Origin: a virus
Lineage: Duplodnaviria > Caudoviricetes
Virus record (IMG/VR): IMGVR_UViG_3300007151_000001
Span: 32,352-96,351 of that record
Length of the DNA: 64,000 nt
Direction: 5' to 3' (one strand)
Positions 1 to 9,846 of this stretch are shown in pieces. Position numbers and translations under genes: made by a program. Below the pieces are notes generated by a model. It worked only from the letters and a program-made list of their open reading frames with translations, was not told the DNA's origin and ran no database searches. The stretch's first letter is position 1. Each line of letters begins with the position of its first letter.

Positions 1-174
1 GTAGACCCCAGCCTGTTGCAGAACGTGTACGTCGACAATTTTCAGACGGGGACGTTCCAATTGCCGGCCAACACGGGAACCTTGACGTCCGGCGGCGAGA
101 CTTACCACATCTATTCCGCGCCCAACCAGCGCGGCGGCATCAGATTGAATTTGCGCTTGGAGATTACGCAATAA
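1..174 (+). CDS. 3' end of a truncated virion/tail-associated ORF
   Basis: Frame 1 is open from base 1 (VDPSLLQNVY...LRLEITQ) to TAA at 172-174, which overlaps the next ATG (TAATG coupling). Confidence 0.6.
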   Translation, partial: VDPSLLQNVYVDNFQTGTFQLPANTGTLTSGGETYHIYSAPNQRGGIRLNLRLEITQ

Positions 175-2033
175 TGGCCCGCGTGCAAGGCGCCCAGACC
201 AACTTTCCCGGTTGGATCCAAAACAGTTTTCTGCGCGGCGCCGCCTATCGGGCGCAAGACCTCGATTGGCAAGGCTTTATCTCGAGTACCGACAGTCAGG
301 GCCAAGCCGACGCCTTGGCGTGGTTGACGGAACATCTAGGGGACAACGTAACCGCCGTATCCAGTCTCACCTTGCAGGGCGAAGATCTGGAAATCGCCTA
401 CACGAACCAGGCCGGATCCCAAACCGCGGCCGTCAATCTCTCGTTCCTGTTTCAAGGCGTCGCCAACGTCTCGGGACACAGCGAAGGGTGGGCCGAGACG
501 CGGATCAATACGGCCTCCTACGGCGTGTCCAATCCGGCGATCTGGGTCTGGCAAGACGCCGACGGCAATCTGGAAATCGGAGATACGCAAGGCTACGTCA
601 ACGGCGTGCTGGCCCTGTCTACCGGCGGCGGATCGGGATGGAACCGCGGCGCGGCCAACGCCCAAGCGACGTTTTGGGCTAAACGATCTACGAACTCTCA
701 CGTCAATCATACGACCCGCGCCGGCACGAGTACCGGCGCCCATACGCACGAAATCGACGGCCAAGAAATCGGCGGCATGGCTTGTTCTGACGATACGATG
801 TGGTTGGTCCGTTTAGGCGGCGTCAGCCAAGAAATTCGTCTGCTGGCTTACGGTATCGACGCCGACGGCAATCAAGACCCTGTGCCCAACAGCGCTCTGC
901 CGTCTACGGACATCACGTCCCATATGCCCACAGGATTTGTGGCCAATGCCGATCTGCGCGGCTTAGTCCACTACGACGGTCACGTCTACGTATTGGTGTA
1001 TACCCAAGACACCGACGGCGTGCCCATTACCCGGGCCTTGGCTTTCGCCGAAGACTCGCCCTTTACCCGCAATGCGGACCTGGATCGTGAGTTCGGCGTA
1101 CACACGAGCGTGACCGACGGCTGGTTCTTGGAAAACACCGACTTCATCTCCCATAGTCACTGGATTACCCGGTACACGGTGACTTCGGTCTTGGATCATA
1201 CCGATACGCCGCGGATATTCGGAGCCGCGGGTCTGCCGTTCGTCGTCAATACGGACCAAGACGGATTGCTGTTCAGCCGCCTGGCAGACAGTGCTTTGGG
1301 AGATCCGTTTACCCCGCTAGCGTCCAATCTGGCAGTGCCCCACGACGCGTTGACGGAAATCACCGGATTGGACTTTTCCACGTATGCCTACCTTGCCGTC
1401 CATGTCCACGATTCGTACAATCGCAACGCAAATACTTGGCTCGTGCCCTACGCGCAATTGAACGGCTTGTCCGTTTCTGCCGACACTACGTTGCAGGATG
1501 CTGCCAACAATGCGCGTCGCACCACGGCTTGGCTGGGCGCCCATGAAATCGAAATCGGATTGGTCCGACGTGCCGCCAACGGCCTTGCCATCGGCGCACT
1601 GGCCGAAGTACAGGAACCTATGCGGACGGATCTGATCGGCTCGTATACCAGCCCCCACGACGCCACGAATTTCGTCAGTACGGCCATTACGTTGCCGTCA
1701 GCCCCTGACGGCGGTTTGTACGGCATTTCGTTCGGAGACGAGATGGCGGCGATCCAATGGTTTCTGGCCGAGGATCTCCTGACGCGGACGCGCATTCCGA
1801 ACTCTACGACGTCGCCTACGGACGCCAACAGCATTTTGCTGTCTTCCGTCTTGGGGACGCGCGACGTGCGTTTGGCGCGGGAAAACTATACGCTGTCCCA
1901 TGATGCGCTGGCTTTCTGGGTCTCGCATACAGGACATTCGCCGTATCCCTTACGCTTGTATCGTACATGGACCAGCACTCTTACCAATTTGACTATCCAT
2001 GCCGACGTGTATGGCCTGGGTAGACGTACTTAG
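174..2033 (+). CDS. Putative tail fibre / virion structural protein, 619 aa
   Basis: Long Thr/Gly/Ala/Asn/Asp-rich, beta-rich ORF, translationally coupled to the upstream ORF; composition resembles the tail genes at 60-64 kb. Confidence 0.5.
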   Translation: MARVQGAQTNFPGWIQNSFLRGAAYRAQDLDWQGFISSTDSQGQADALAWLTEHLGDNVTAVSSLTLQGEDLEIAYTNQAGSQTAAVNLSFLFQGVANVSGHSEGWAETRINTASYGVSNPAIWVWQDADGNLEIGDTQGYVNGVLALSTGGGSGWNRGAANAQATFWAKRSTNSHVNHTTRAGTSTGAHTHEIDGQEIGGMACSDDTMWLVRLGGVSQEIRLLAYGIDADGNQDPVPNSALPSTDITSHMPTGFVANADLRGLVHYDGHVYVLVYTQDTDGVPITRALAFAEDSPFTRNADLDREFGVHTSVTDGWFLENTDFISHSHWITRYTVTSVLDHTDTPRIFGAAGLPFVVNTDQDGLLFSRLADSALGDPFTPLASNLAVPHDALTEITGLDFSTYAYLAVHVHDSYNRNANTWLVPYAQLNGLSVSADTTLQDAANNARRTTAWLGAHEIEIGLVRRAANGLAIGALAEVQEPMRTDLIGSYTSPHDATNFVSTAITLPSAPDGGLYGISFGDEMAAIQWFLAEDLLTRTRIPNSTTSPTDANSILLSSVLGTRDVRLARENYTLSHDALAFWVSHTGHSPYPLRLYRTWTSTLTNLTIHADVYGLGRRT

Positions 2034-2044
2034 GAGAAACATTC

Positions 2045-3241
2045 ATGGCACCTGAAACTACCGTACCGACTACCGAGAATTTGTACGAACCTATCGAAAC
2101 GCGCTTTCGCAGGCAGGCGAACGGCTGGCATCACGTCGTCGACAGCTTGCCGACCCGCTTTCAGCGGGACAGAGGACCCTTGGCCGTCATCAGCCCCGAC
2201 AATCGACTCAAGACCTGGGGCACCGCATTGGACGCTCAAGTCCAACCTTGGAACGGCGTAGACGTCCATCTCGTCGATCAAGGCAACGGATTGTATGTGT
2301 CTCAACTGACTAAGGCCGATGCCGACAAGCTCCGCTATTTTCGCCCGACGGCAGACGCGACCTCCGCTGCCGCCGAAACGCGGAACGAACCTATCGATGC
2401 CTGCATCGAAGGGATTTTCGACGAAAATCATATCGACGATTTCGGCTATTGGGTCGGTCGCTTCGACGATTTGCCGGAATGGATGGGCGACGACGTAGAG
2501 ATTTCAGTCAGTGGGCCGGACACCGGCGGATCGCCGCATCAGCTGTACTTGATTGCGCCGGACGTGGCGGCGAACCGAATGCCGCCCTGGTTGCGCGTCA
2601 ACGGCGTATGGTGCCTCGTAACGCCGGCGGATCACCAACACCATCCCGGTCACTGGATACTGGGCGCTGTCCGCGACGACGTTGCCGTGATCCGCACCTA
2701 TGAGGGCGAAGCGTTGCCCAACGACGACACGTTGCCGATCCGCACCCGCAGACAAATTCGACCGCTGTTCCGCCACATCTGCCCGATTGTCCGAGGCCAT
2801 ATGCAGCCGACGAAAGAGCAAGGCCGCGAATATCGGGCTTGGCGCGCTGCGGCGACGGTCATCGAATACGGCATCATGGGCGTCTCGGGCGCGCAGGGAC
2901 AGGCGAATTTTTATCGGCGCAAGGAACAGGAAAGCGCTGCGGCTTGCAACCGTAAACGACAATGGGCCCATGCGCGTTTCGCCAAGGCCAAGGCGAAGTT
3001 GGCCGCCTACGCGAATTACGACTTTCAGCAGTGGCTGGACGAAACGCAGGAAGAATTTGCCCTGAGATGGATGCATGAAGCCGATCTCGCCGCAAAGAGC
3101 GCCTCCGATGCGTGCCGACGGGCCGAGAGTATCGAAGAAACCGTTGCGACGAAATTGGCGGAAATCGAAGCGGCCGAAGCCGTCGTCGAACCCTTGGAAG
3201 CCAAGTACGCCGACATTATTCGTCAGATGTATCTGCACTGA
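2045..3241 (+). CDS. Hypothetical phage protein with C-terminal coiled coil
   Basis: AGGAG RBS before the ATG; 398 aa; Ala/Glu-rich helical C-terminus. Confidence 0.65.
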   Translation: MAPETTVPTTENLYEPIETRFRRQANGWHHVVDSLPTRFQRDRGPLAVISPDNRLKTWGTALDAQVQPWNGVDVHLVDQGNGLYVSQLTKADADKLRYFRPTADATSAAAETRNEPIDACIEGIFDENHIDDFGYWVGRFDDLPEWMGDDVEISVSGPDTGGSPHQLYLIAPDVAANRMPPWLRVNGVWCLVTPADHQHHPGHWILGAVRDDVAVIRTYEGEALPNDDTLPIRTRRQIRPLFRHICPIVRGHMQPTKEQGREYRAWRAAATVIEYGIMGVSGAQGQANFYRRKEQESAAACNRKRQWAHARFAKAKAKLAAYANYDFQQWLDETQEEFALRWMHEADLAAKSASDACRRAESIEETVATKLAEIEAAEAVVEPLEAKYADIIRQMYLH

Positions 3242-3266
3242 CCTCTATGCCCTAGGAGACCAAAGC

Positions 3267-4244
3267 ATGCCTACTGCAGAAACTTCGACTATCCCGTCTA
3301 GGCCGGTTACGGCACGTTCGCGCGGCAGCTCGCGTGCGGCGCGCAGACGCACACCGGAATTGACGGACGAGGCAGAGTTCAATATTGTCGCGCCTTTCTG
3401 GGAAGGCGACGAACCCGAATACCATTCCGTGCACTTTATCCATTCCATCGGCATCTATAATCAAGTCACGCAAAACACGTATCCAGACTTCGTCGGTTTG
3501 GTTACGCCGCCGGAAGCCGTCTTTGTTTGGTACGACGACATGCATCCCGATTGGCCTCGATCCGATACGCAGATGCGCCTTGTCTTAAACGCCGTAAAAT
3601 CCGGCAGCGCCGAACTTTGGTATGAAATCGATCATCAACTGACGCCGTTGGACCACGTTCCGCATCATTATCGGTTTTGGCTCAACAATCACTGTCCTAT
3701 TCGATACGGGCTGATGCTGGACGTGCTGCAGGGCACGGACGCCGTCGCCAACCAGAAACGCCGGCGGATGGTCACGAAGTGGGCCCTGCGCGAAACAGGA
3801 GACGGCTTCAAGGCCCGAGTGTTCGGCGGCAGACCCGTCGCCGTCAGACCCTCGGCGACGCTGATCGGGCCTGGCGAAGTGATGTTGGCTTTGGTCTTTT
3901 CTACGTTGTTGGCCGCCGGCGAAGGGGCCAATCTCGAAGACGACGACAAGTGGCAGCACATTAGGACCAATCTGGATACGACTGGGCCGCACATGGTCGA
4001 GTTTATCGATGTGGCTCAGTGGGCACCCCATTTGGCGGCTATGCGCGCCGGGACGCTGTTCAAGATCGCCAAGATGGGGACGCGGGAAAACGGGCAAATC
4101 TACTATTACCCGGAAGACCCGCCGGAAGCGGAAAAGCCGACGCTGAACGCCAACCATACGCGCTGGGCGAACCGCATTATCGACAGGGATATCGAAAGGG
4201 CGCCGTATCCTTTGCCCGTCTGGGAAACTGTGCGTAACGTATAA
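3267..4244 (+). CDS. Hypothetical phage protein
   Basis: AGGAG RBS upstream of ATG 3267 (MPTAETST...); followed by a terminator. Confidence 0.65.
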   Translation: MPTAETSTIPSRPVTARSRGSSRAARRRTPELTDEAEFNIVAPFWEGDEPEYHSVHFIHSIGIYNQVTQNTYPDFVGLVTPPEAVFVWYDDMHPDWPRSDTQMRLVLNAVKSGSAELWYEIDHQLTPLDHVPHHYRFWLNNHCPIRYGLMLDVLQGTDAVANQKRRRMVTKWALRETGDGFKARVFGGRPVAVRPSATLIGPGEVMLALVFSTLLAAGEGANLEDDDKWQHIRTNLDTTGPHMVEFIDVAQWAPHLAAMRAGTLFKIAKMGTRENGQIYYYPEDPPEAEKPTLNANHTRWANRIIDRDIERAPYPLPVWETVRNV

Positions 4245-4253
4245 TCAACGTAG

Positions 4254-4286
4254 GCGGGCCGGCTTTCACCTCTCCGGCCCGCTTTT
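4254..4286 (+). terminator. Rho-independent terminator
   Basis: GCGGGCCGG/CCGGCCCGC stem followed by TTTT, just after the stop at 4244. Confidence 0.6.
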
Positions 4287-4292
4287 CCGCTG

Positions 4293-6557
4293 ATGGCCGT
4301 ATCCGCATCGCAGACGCTACTCGGCCATTGGCTGCCCACAGAACGCATCAAACTCGCGGTCGCCTACGACATCGCCCTGGCGCATGAAATCCTGCGCCTG
4401 CACACGTTCCGACTGCTCTTTGGGGCAATGGACCCAGGGACCGGGTTCCTCGAACCTAGCCGCCTGAAAGACGCCCACGCCGAGACGAAGCCGCTGCTCA
4501 AGCGAACCCGCGAGACGATCCGAGATAGTCTGCGCTGGGGCATCGAACAATCCGTGATGGTCGGCCTGGCCCGCGGCATGGACGCCCATGACCGCTGGTT
4601 TCGGGCACCCATCGCAGAGAGCTACACGGCCTTGCGACGGCAGTTGGTCGTCCAAGGTTGGCAGATCTATGGCCCTACGAGCGTAGGGGAGCGTGCCGGT
4701 CGGTTGTCCCAGTGGCTGTGGCGGGAACATGCTGTCCGTCGCTGCATCATGAAAAAAATGCTGCTCGAGCAACACGAGGGCACCAGTGCTTGGCAAGCCG
4801 CCAAAGCCCTGGAATCGATGTTCGGGACGCCCATCGAAGGGCCACGCTGGTTGTCGACCCGCTTGCAACGCCTGACTCCCAAAGACCGCCTGCAATCGCA
4901 ACGCGGGTTAGTCACGTCGCAGTTGGCCGCCGCCGAAGCCGCACAGGGCAAGTTCCGCGGCCTCAGTTACCGCACCTTGCGCATTGCCCGCACCGAAATC
5001 AGCCGTACCCATCACGCAGTCAACAAAGAACTGTATGCAATCCAACCGTGGGTGACGGGAGTCCGCTGGAGGCTGTCGCCGGGCCATCCGCAAATCGACA
5101 TCTGCGACGAACTGGCGGCGAAAGGTGTGTATTCCAAGTACGACGTGCCCCACTTGCCACATCCGCATTGCATGTGTTTCTTGACTCCCGAGACGATGCC
5201 CCGAGACCAATGGGACCAGAAAGTGGCGGGTCATGCCACGGGTAAGAACCAGTTCCTCAGCAACTATCAAGACTTCGTGGGCTACAGCCCGATCCGCGCC
5301 CCCGCCATCCCGGAAAAGCAACGGGGACCATTTCGGGATGCATTGCAGCGATGGATGGGCGACAAACCACCGCAAAGTCCCCAGACCCGCCAGTTGGCCC
5401 AAGAGTACCGGGAACTGCGCTGGTGGGACCGCAAGATGGGCGGCTTACGCCGCGCCTTCGGGCGTGGTCGACAGCCAGAAATCGACCGGGCCGTGAAGGC
5501 CCAGAAAGGTGATGCCTGGTTGCGCCGACAACCCCTGTTGGCGCATGCGGCTATCGACCCGTCGGTCCTCAACATCCGCAACAACATGGATGAGTGCAAG
5601 AACCTTACTGCGGGAGCGCCGCCGCCGAAACCCTTGCCCCCTCTCTCTACCCGTGTTGCAGGCCCGCGGCGCAAGGGGGCGACGCCGAGTGCCGCGCGGG
5701 TCCGCAAACGCATTCGGCGGTTGCAGCAGGTATCGCAGCGGCAAAGAGAACAGATCCGGGCGCAAATTGGCCAAGACGAAGCCACATGGCGGGCCCTGTT
5801 TTCGGAAAACCAAGGCGAATACGACGACGACGTTTTTGCCGCGCGCAAACAGCGCATGAAGAAACTGCGACAACGCATCGAGGCATCGACCGCGCGCCTC
5901 GCCGCTGTGCGCCAAAAGGCCCACGACAAGATCAACGCGTCCATTCGCCATCACTCAGAACGCGGCGTACAGATTGAGATATACGATACGGAAATGCCGG
6001 ATCGCGAAAAGAAGATATTGCGACATTACATCACAGAATTACAGCAATTGGTACCGGACCGCGGGGAAACCTATCGGGTAGGATGGGGGTGGGAGTCCAA
6101 CATATCTCGGGAGTTCTTTGTCAATTTTTCTGACGAGCCGCGCCGTGGCGTGCTGTACGTCAGCGACAACAGCACACCTGCTACCTGGATACACGAGTTA
6201 GGGCACCTCATCGACGAAAATCCCCGCATAATGCAGAAAAGCGTTAATCACTTGTACTCCCGTACTCAATCCGAAAAGGCCCGCTCCTTAAAAGACATCA
6301 CGGGCCAAAATTACAAGTCCAAAGAAACAGCCCGGCCTGATGAATTTTTCCATGCCTACGTCGGCAAAGATTATTCAGGCCAGAAAGGGTGGGTTCCCAA
6401 TCCCTATGCGGAAACTGCGGCGCAGAACCCGCGCATTGATGGCACCGAAATCGTAAGTATGGGACTCGAAGAGATGTATAGCAATCCGGTTCGTTTGGCC
6501 GAAGAAGACCCCCGCCTCTTCGATTTTATTTGGAACGAGATCATGCACGGAGATTGA
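4293..6557 (+). CDS. Minor head protein (SPP1 gp7 / Mu gpF, MuF family) with long C-terminal extension carrying HExxH
   Basis: RIARTEISR, WRLS..HP..DICD and PHPHCMC motifs typical of MuF; C-terminal WIHELGH zincin-like motif. Confidence 0.75.
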   Translation: MAVSASQTLLGHWLPTERIKLAVAYDIALAHEILRLHTFRLLFGAMDPGTGFLEPSRLKDAHAETKPLLKRTRETIRDSLRWGIEQSVMVGLARGMDAHDRWFRAPIAESYTALRRQLVVQGWQIYGPTSVGERAGRLSQWLWREHAVRRCIMKKMLLEQHEGTSAWQAAKALESMFGTPIEGPRWLSTRLQRLTPKDRLQSQRGLVTSQLAAAEAAQGKFRGLSYRTLRIARTEISRTHHAVNKELYAIQPWVTGVRWRLSPGHPQIDICDELAAKGVYSKYDVPHLPHPHCMCFLTPETMPRDQWDQKVAGHATGKNQFLSNYQDFVGYSPIRAPAIPEKQRGPFRDALQRWMGDKPPQSPQTRQLAQEYRELRWWDRKMGGLRRAFGRGRQPEIDRAVKAQKGDAWLRRQPLLAHAAIDPSVLNIRNNMDECKNLTAGAPPPKPLPPLSTRVAGPRRKGATPSAARVRKRIRRLQQVSQRQREQIRAQIGQDEATWRALFSENQGEYDDDVFAARKQRMKKLRQRIEASTARLAAVRQKAHDKINASIRHHSERGVQIEIYDTEMPDREKKILRHYITELQQLVPDRGETYRVGWGWESNISREFFVNFSDEPRRGVLYVSDNSTPATWIHELGHLIDENPRIMQKSVNHLYSRTQSEKARSLKDITGQNYKSKETARPDEFFHAYVGKDYSGQKGWVPNPYAETAAQNPRIDGTEIVSMGLEEMYSNPVRLAEEDPRLFDFIWNEIMHGD

Positions 6558-6561
6558 CCTC

Positions 6562-6924
6562 ATGTCGTCACCCCGTCGCACCGCCGCCGTCTTCGATATT
6601 CCGTTGCCGTGGGGGACTTCCCACCGCGCCGAAGTCGCCATCGAACAATCGAGGGGTACAGTGAGGGAAGCACGACGGCAGAGAGGGCCGCGCTTGGCTG
6701 CGGTCAGTGATTGGCAAGTAGTGCATAACCCTACGCGGTTGTCGGATGAGGAACTCCTTGAGGCTCTCTACGCGCAAACCCGCCTGTACGCTCTGACCGC
6801 AGAGCCGATTGGCTACTTCCCCCTGCCCATCTACTACGACATCGCCTGCGTGCAAGCCGCCTTTCCGGGCACGCATGTGGTCCAGGCTCCGAAGTTCGAG
6901 TCGAAGCCGGGTCGCATCTACTAG
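6562..6924 (+). CDS. Small hypothetical protein, candidate immunity partner of the MuF extension
   Basis: Starts 4 nt after the MuF stop with a GGAG RBS; 120 aa. Confidence 0.5.
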   Translation: MSSPRRTAAVFDIPLPWGTSHRAEVAIEQSRGTVREARRQRGPRLAAVSDWQVVHNPTRLSDEELLEALYAQTRLYALTAEPIGYFPLPIYYDIACVQAAFPGTHVVQAPKFESKPGRIY

Positions 6925-6930
6925 GCGCAC

Positions 6931-6957
6931 AAAAAAGGCCCGCTCTGCAGCGGGCCT
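6931..6957 (-). terminator. Terminator between convergent genes
   Basis: AGGCCCGCT/AGCGGGCCT stem with an A6 tract (U6 on the minus strand). Confidence 0.7.
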
Positions 6958-6976
6958 GGGGGGACGGGGAAGGGGG

Positions 6977-7180
6977 TTAGATTTCGCTTTCCCGCAAGAT
7001 GTCTTCGACTTCGCCCTCGGCGAAGTCACAGTCCTCGAGCAGATCCAGCAGATAATCGTCTACCGGATCGTCTTCGGCCCAAGCCATGCCTTGGCCGGAC
7101 GCAATCTCGCCGAGCACGAAGCTCTGCTGATGGCGTGGTACGCCCAATGCTTCCATGGCAGTTGCGTATTCAATGTGCAT
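6977..7180 (-). CDS. Small acidic hypothetical protein
   Basis: AAAGGAG RBS; 67 aa with a Asp/Glu-rich tail. Confidence 0.55.
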   Translation of the reverse strand: MHIEYATAMEALGVPRHQQSFVLGEIASGQGMAWAEDDPVDDYLLDLLEDCDFAEGEVEDILRESEI

Positions 7181-7307
7181 GCGACGTCTCCTTTGTGAGA
7201 GCCAAGTCCAGATACCCCGAAAGCCCCGTTTCCTACGGGGCTGAGCAGGGATAGGGAGGGATTAGGCCAAGATTGGATGACGCGGATAATGCGCCTCTGG
7301 TAGGGGA

Positions 7308-7538
7308 TCAGTCGAGACCGATCTCGTCGAAGCGGTTGACGATATCTAACAACCGCACGACCCGTCGGCGTACAGCCGGGTCTTTGGCTAGGTGGTTGGC
7401 AAGGGTTTCGTATTCGGCAAGCAACTTTTCGAGTTCCGATTTGAGATGGACGTTGTCTTCGTCCCAGACAATCTCGGAAGTCCAATCAGTGCAGGATTTC
7501 GCTGTAGCATACTGATAGGTCTCAAAATCCTTGTGCAT
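7308..7538 (-). CDS. Small hypothetical protein (MHKDFETY...)
   Basis: GGAGG RBS; C-terminal part of track ORF 7308..8351. Confidence 0.55.
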   Translation of the reverse strand: MHKDFETYQYATAKSCTDWTSEIVWDEDNVHLKSELEKLLAEYETLANHLAKDPAVRRRVVRLLDIVNRFDEIGLD

Positions 7539-7573
7539 CGGGGATTTCCTCCGGTGTGGGGGTCTGGGCGAGC

Positions 7574-7867
7574 TTAGGCCAAGCAATGATCCCGGCGATA
7601 GATCCGGGTCGAAGTGCCGCAGCACGTCACGTGGAACAGGGCCGGCGGCCAAGACAGCGCCGCGGGGCTGGCGGGCTCCGGGTGAATGGCGACCGAGACC
7701 CCGACCAAGTCGGGGTCCATGCGGATTTCGCTGTGCGCGCTGGCCAGCACGCCGCGGGCGGCATGGGTAGCGCCGCCGAGGTACTGGCTGGTGAGCACGG
7801 TCTCGCGGCCGTGGGCGATGTCGGTCGCGGTTTCCCGCTTCCAGTGGGTGATCACGATGTGGTACAT
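7574..7867 (-). CDS. Small hypothetical early protein
   Basis: ACACAGGAG RBS shared by the early genes. Confidence 0.55.
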   Translation of the reverse strand: MYHIVITHWKRETATDIAHGRETVLTSQYLGGATHAARGVLASAHSEIRMDPDLVGVSVAIHPEPASPAALSWPPALFHVTCCGTSTRIYRRDHCLA

Positions 7868-7948
7868 GCTCTGTCTCCTGTGTGAGAGGTTGCGTATACC
7901 CCGAAAGCCCGGTCTCCTGCCGGGCTGTGCGGGGTCGGGGTTTGTTGC

Positions 7949-8179
7949 CTAGGAGGGCCGGTATCCGTGGGGATACCGCTTGACCTCTTCGGTCAAGTCG
8001 GCGGAAATCAAGGTCGCGTAGGCTTGGCCGCCGGAACGCAGTTCCTTGTGGGTCACGGCCATAGCCTCTTGCCAGCGACCCTCGAGCAGAACCGAGCCGG
8101 GGTCGGCGTCTACGAAATCTTCGTAGACTTCGATCCATTCCCCGGTCTGCGGGTTCTTGCGGTGGTGGGTGATGTACAT
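7949..8179 (-). CDS. Small hypothetical early protein
   Basis: First gene behind the repeated promoter; ACACAGGAG RBS. Confidence 0.6.
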   Translation of the reverse strand: MYITHHRKNPQTGEWIEVYEDFVDADPGSVLLEGRWQEAMAVTHKELRSGGQAYATLISADLTEEVKRYPHGYRPS

Positions 8180-8211
8180 GCGATACTCCTGTGTGTTTCT
8201 CTATGCTTCCC

Positions 8212-8240
8212 ATATTACCACAAGACGGAATCCACTGCAA
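8212..8240 (-). promoter_or_regulatory. Repeated sigma70-like phage promoter, copy 1
   Basis: TTGCAG-17 nt-TAATAT with an extended -10 (TGTGGTAATAT); recurs at about 18783, 21572, 26305, 35649 and 37143. Confidence 0.75.
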
Positions 8241-8425
8241 GGAGCAATCGCAGATGGGCCCGAGATTGCCTCCAATGGGTCTCGCCGTCAGCGGGGAGCA
8301 TAGGGTACAATCCCTGTATCGCCGCGCTCGACACCGGGTATCGGCTAACACTTGGCAGGGTGAAAGCGGTTCCTCCCTTCTCGGCCCGCCGAAGCCCTCG
8401 GTCCCGCGGCGAGTCTTCCTCCGTC

Positions 8426-9265
8426 ATGTCGAGCATCTACCGCGCCCTGTCACTCGGAGCCGGCGTGCAGTCCAGCGTCCTTGCCTTGCGTTTCGCCCAG
8501 CAGGACCCTGAGTTGCTGGACCTTGGCTATCCGCCGCCGGACGTCGCCCTGTTCGCCGATACGCAGTGGGAACCACAGGGAATATACCGTCATCTGGACT
8601 GGCTGGAAACGCAACTGACATTTCCCTTGGTCCGTGTCACGGCGGGAAATCTCAAGGCCAACGCGACGGCGGGCGTCAATCTCGCGGGCAAGCCTTGGCT
8701 GGACATCCCCATCCACTTTCGGGACGGTTCCCGGAAAATGATGCAGCGGCGGCAATGTACCGCCGACTACAAGATCCGGCCTCTGTACCGCGCATTGCGC
8801 AAATTGGCGGGGGGGGTACCGAAACGACCCTTTCCCAAGGACATCACGGTGGAGATGTATCTCGGTATCAGTTTCGATGAAATCCAGCGCATGAAGCCGA
8901 GCCGGGAACGCTGGCTTACCAACCGCTTTCCCCTGGTCGATTTGCGCATGACGCGTGCGCAATGCCGTGACTGGTTTGCGGAACGGTATCCCGGCAGGTC
9001 CTTGGCGCGCTCCGCGTGTATCGTCTGCCCGCTACACAGTGCTGCCGATTGGCAGCATCTACGCACACACGAACCCGCCGCTTGGCGGGAAGCCGTGGAG
9101 TTCGATGCCGTGCTGCGAGACGGCCATCCGAGCCGCGGACGTATCCGGGGAGACATGTATCTCCATCATCGCTGCGAACCCATCGAGGTGGCCGTCGCAC
9201 AGGATTCGGACGACAGTCCGCCCTCGCTCTTCGATCTGGAGTGCGAAGGCATGTGCGGCGTGTAG
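8426..9265 (+). CDS. PAPS-reductase-like / adenine nucleotide alpha hydrolase family protein
   Basis: PP-loop SLGAGVQSS, FADT.WEP, RQCT..YKI.P, GIS.DE..R, SAC..CP and a C-terminal ECEGMCGV Cys cluster. Confidence 0.75.
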   Translation: MSSIYRALSLGAGVQSSVLALRFAQQDPELLDLGYPPPDVALFADTQWEPQGIYRHLDWLETQLTFPLVRVTAGNLKANATAGVNLAGKPWLDIPIHFRDGSRKMMQRRQCTADYKIRPLYRALRKLAGGVPKRPFPKDITVEMYLGISFDEIQRMKPSRERWLTNRFPLVDLRMTRAQCRDWFAERYPGRSLARSACIVCPLHSAADWQHLRTHEPAAWREAVEFDAVLRDGHPSRGRIRGDMYLHHRCEPIEVAVAQDSDDSPPSLFDLECEGMCGV

Positions 9266-9272
9266 ACGCAAC

Positions 9273-9297
9273 AAAAAGCCCCGCCGGAGCGGGGCTT
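9273..9297. terminator. Bidirectional terminator
   Basis: AAGCCCCGC/GCGGGGCTT stem with an A-tract, between convergent genes. Confidence 0.65.
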
Positions 9298-9319
9298 GGT
9301 GCCCGACGGGGTGCGGTGC

Positions 9320-9586
9320 TTACTGGGTCAGCCATGCCGAGTTGTACGGCTGCTCGCTCCGATCTGCATGCAGTCGGACGGCCATGACGCAAAACTCGCC
9401 AAAGCCTACCCAGAGGTCGGACACGATTTCACTCTCGCTTGCCATCATCACCTGATGATGACGCGCAATCAGGGCCAGCGCCGCGGACCGGGCCGCCGCA
9501 ACTGTCTGGCACTCCACCACATTGCTGTGAATGGGTTTCAAGTCGTACCCGGGGCCGGGGAACCGACTGCTACGTATTTGGATCAT
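9320..9586 (-). CDS. Small hypothetical protein, paralogue of 25998..26276
   Basis: ACACAGGAG RBS; shares VECQT..AAR....L.A.HH.V..ASE and C-terminal AWLT with 25998..26276. Confidence 0.6.
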   Translation of the reverse strand: MIQIRSSRFPGPGYDLKPIHSNVVECQTVAAARSAALALIARHHQVMMASESEIVSDLWVGFGEFCVMAVRLHADRSEQPYNSAWLTQ

Positions 9587-9770
9587 GCGATATCTCCTGT
9601 GTGTTGGGTATACGCCAATAATACCACAAGTCGAGATCGGGTGCACGACGAAAGCGGATTGGATCCGTGAGTCGGAGCGGGTCGGGTATAATCCCTAGTG
9701 CCCCCGGTGGCCATTTGGACGACGGCCTCTAGTAGCCGGGGGCTTTGGCTTGCGGAATGAGAACGCGCTA

Positions 9771-9832
9771 GGGTCTCGGCGGGAGTCGAACCCGCCCAAT
9801 TGGATGAAGCCATGCCTATCTGTCGCCCAGAC
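9771..9832 (-). tRNA. Degenerate tRNA-like fragment
   Basis: Canonical T-arm GCGGG-TTCGACT-CCCGC, but the acceptor stem is imperfect and the body is too short. Confidence 0.3.
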
Positions 9833-9846
9833 ATGTCCATTCGTTA

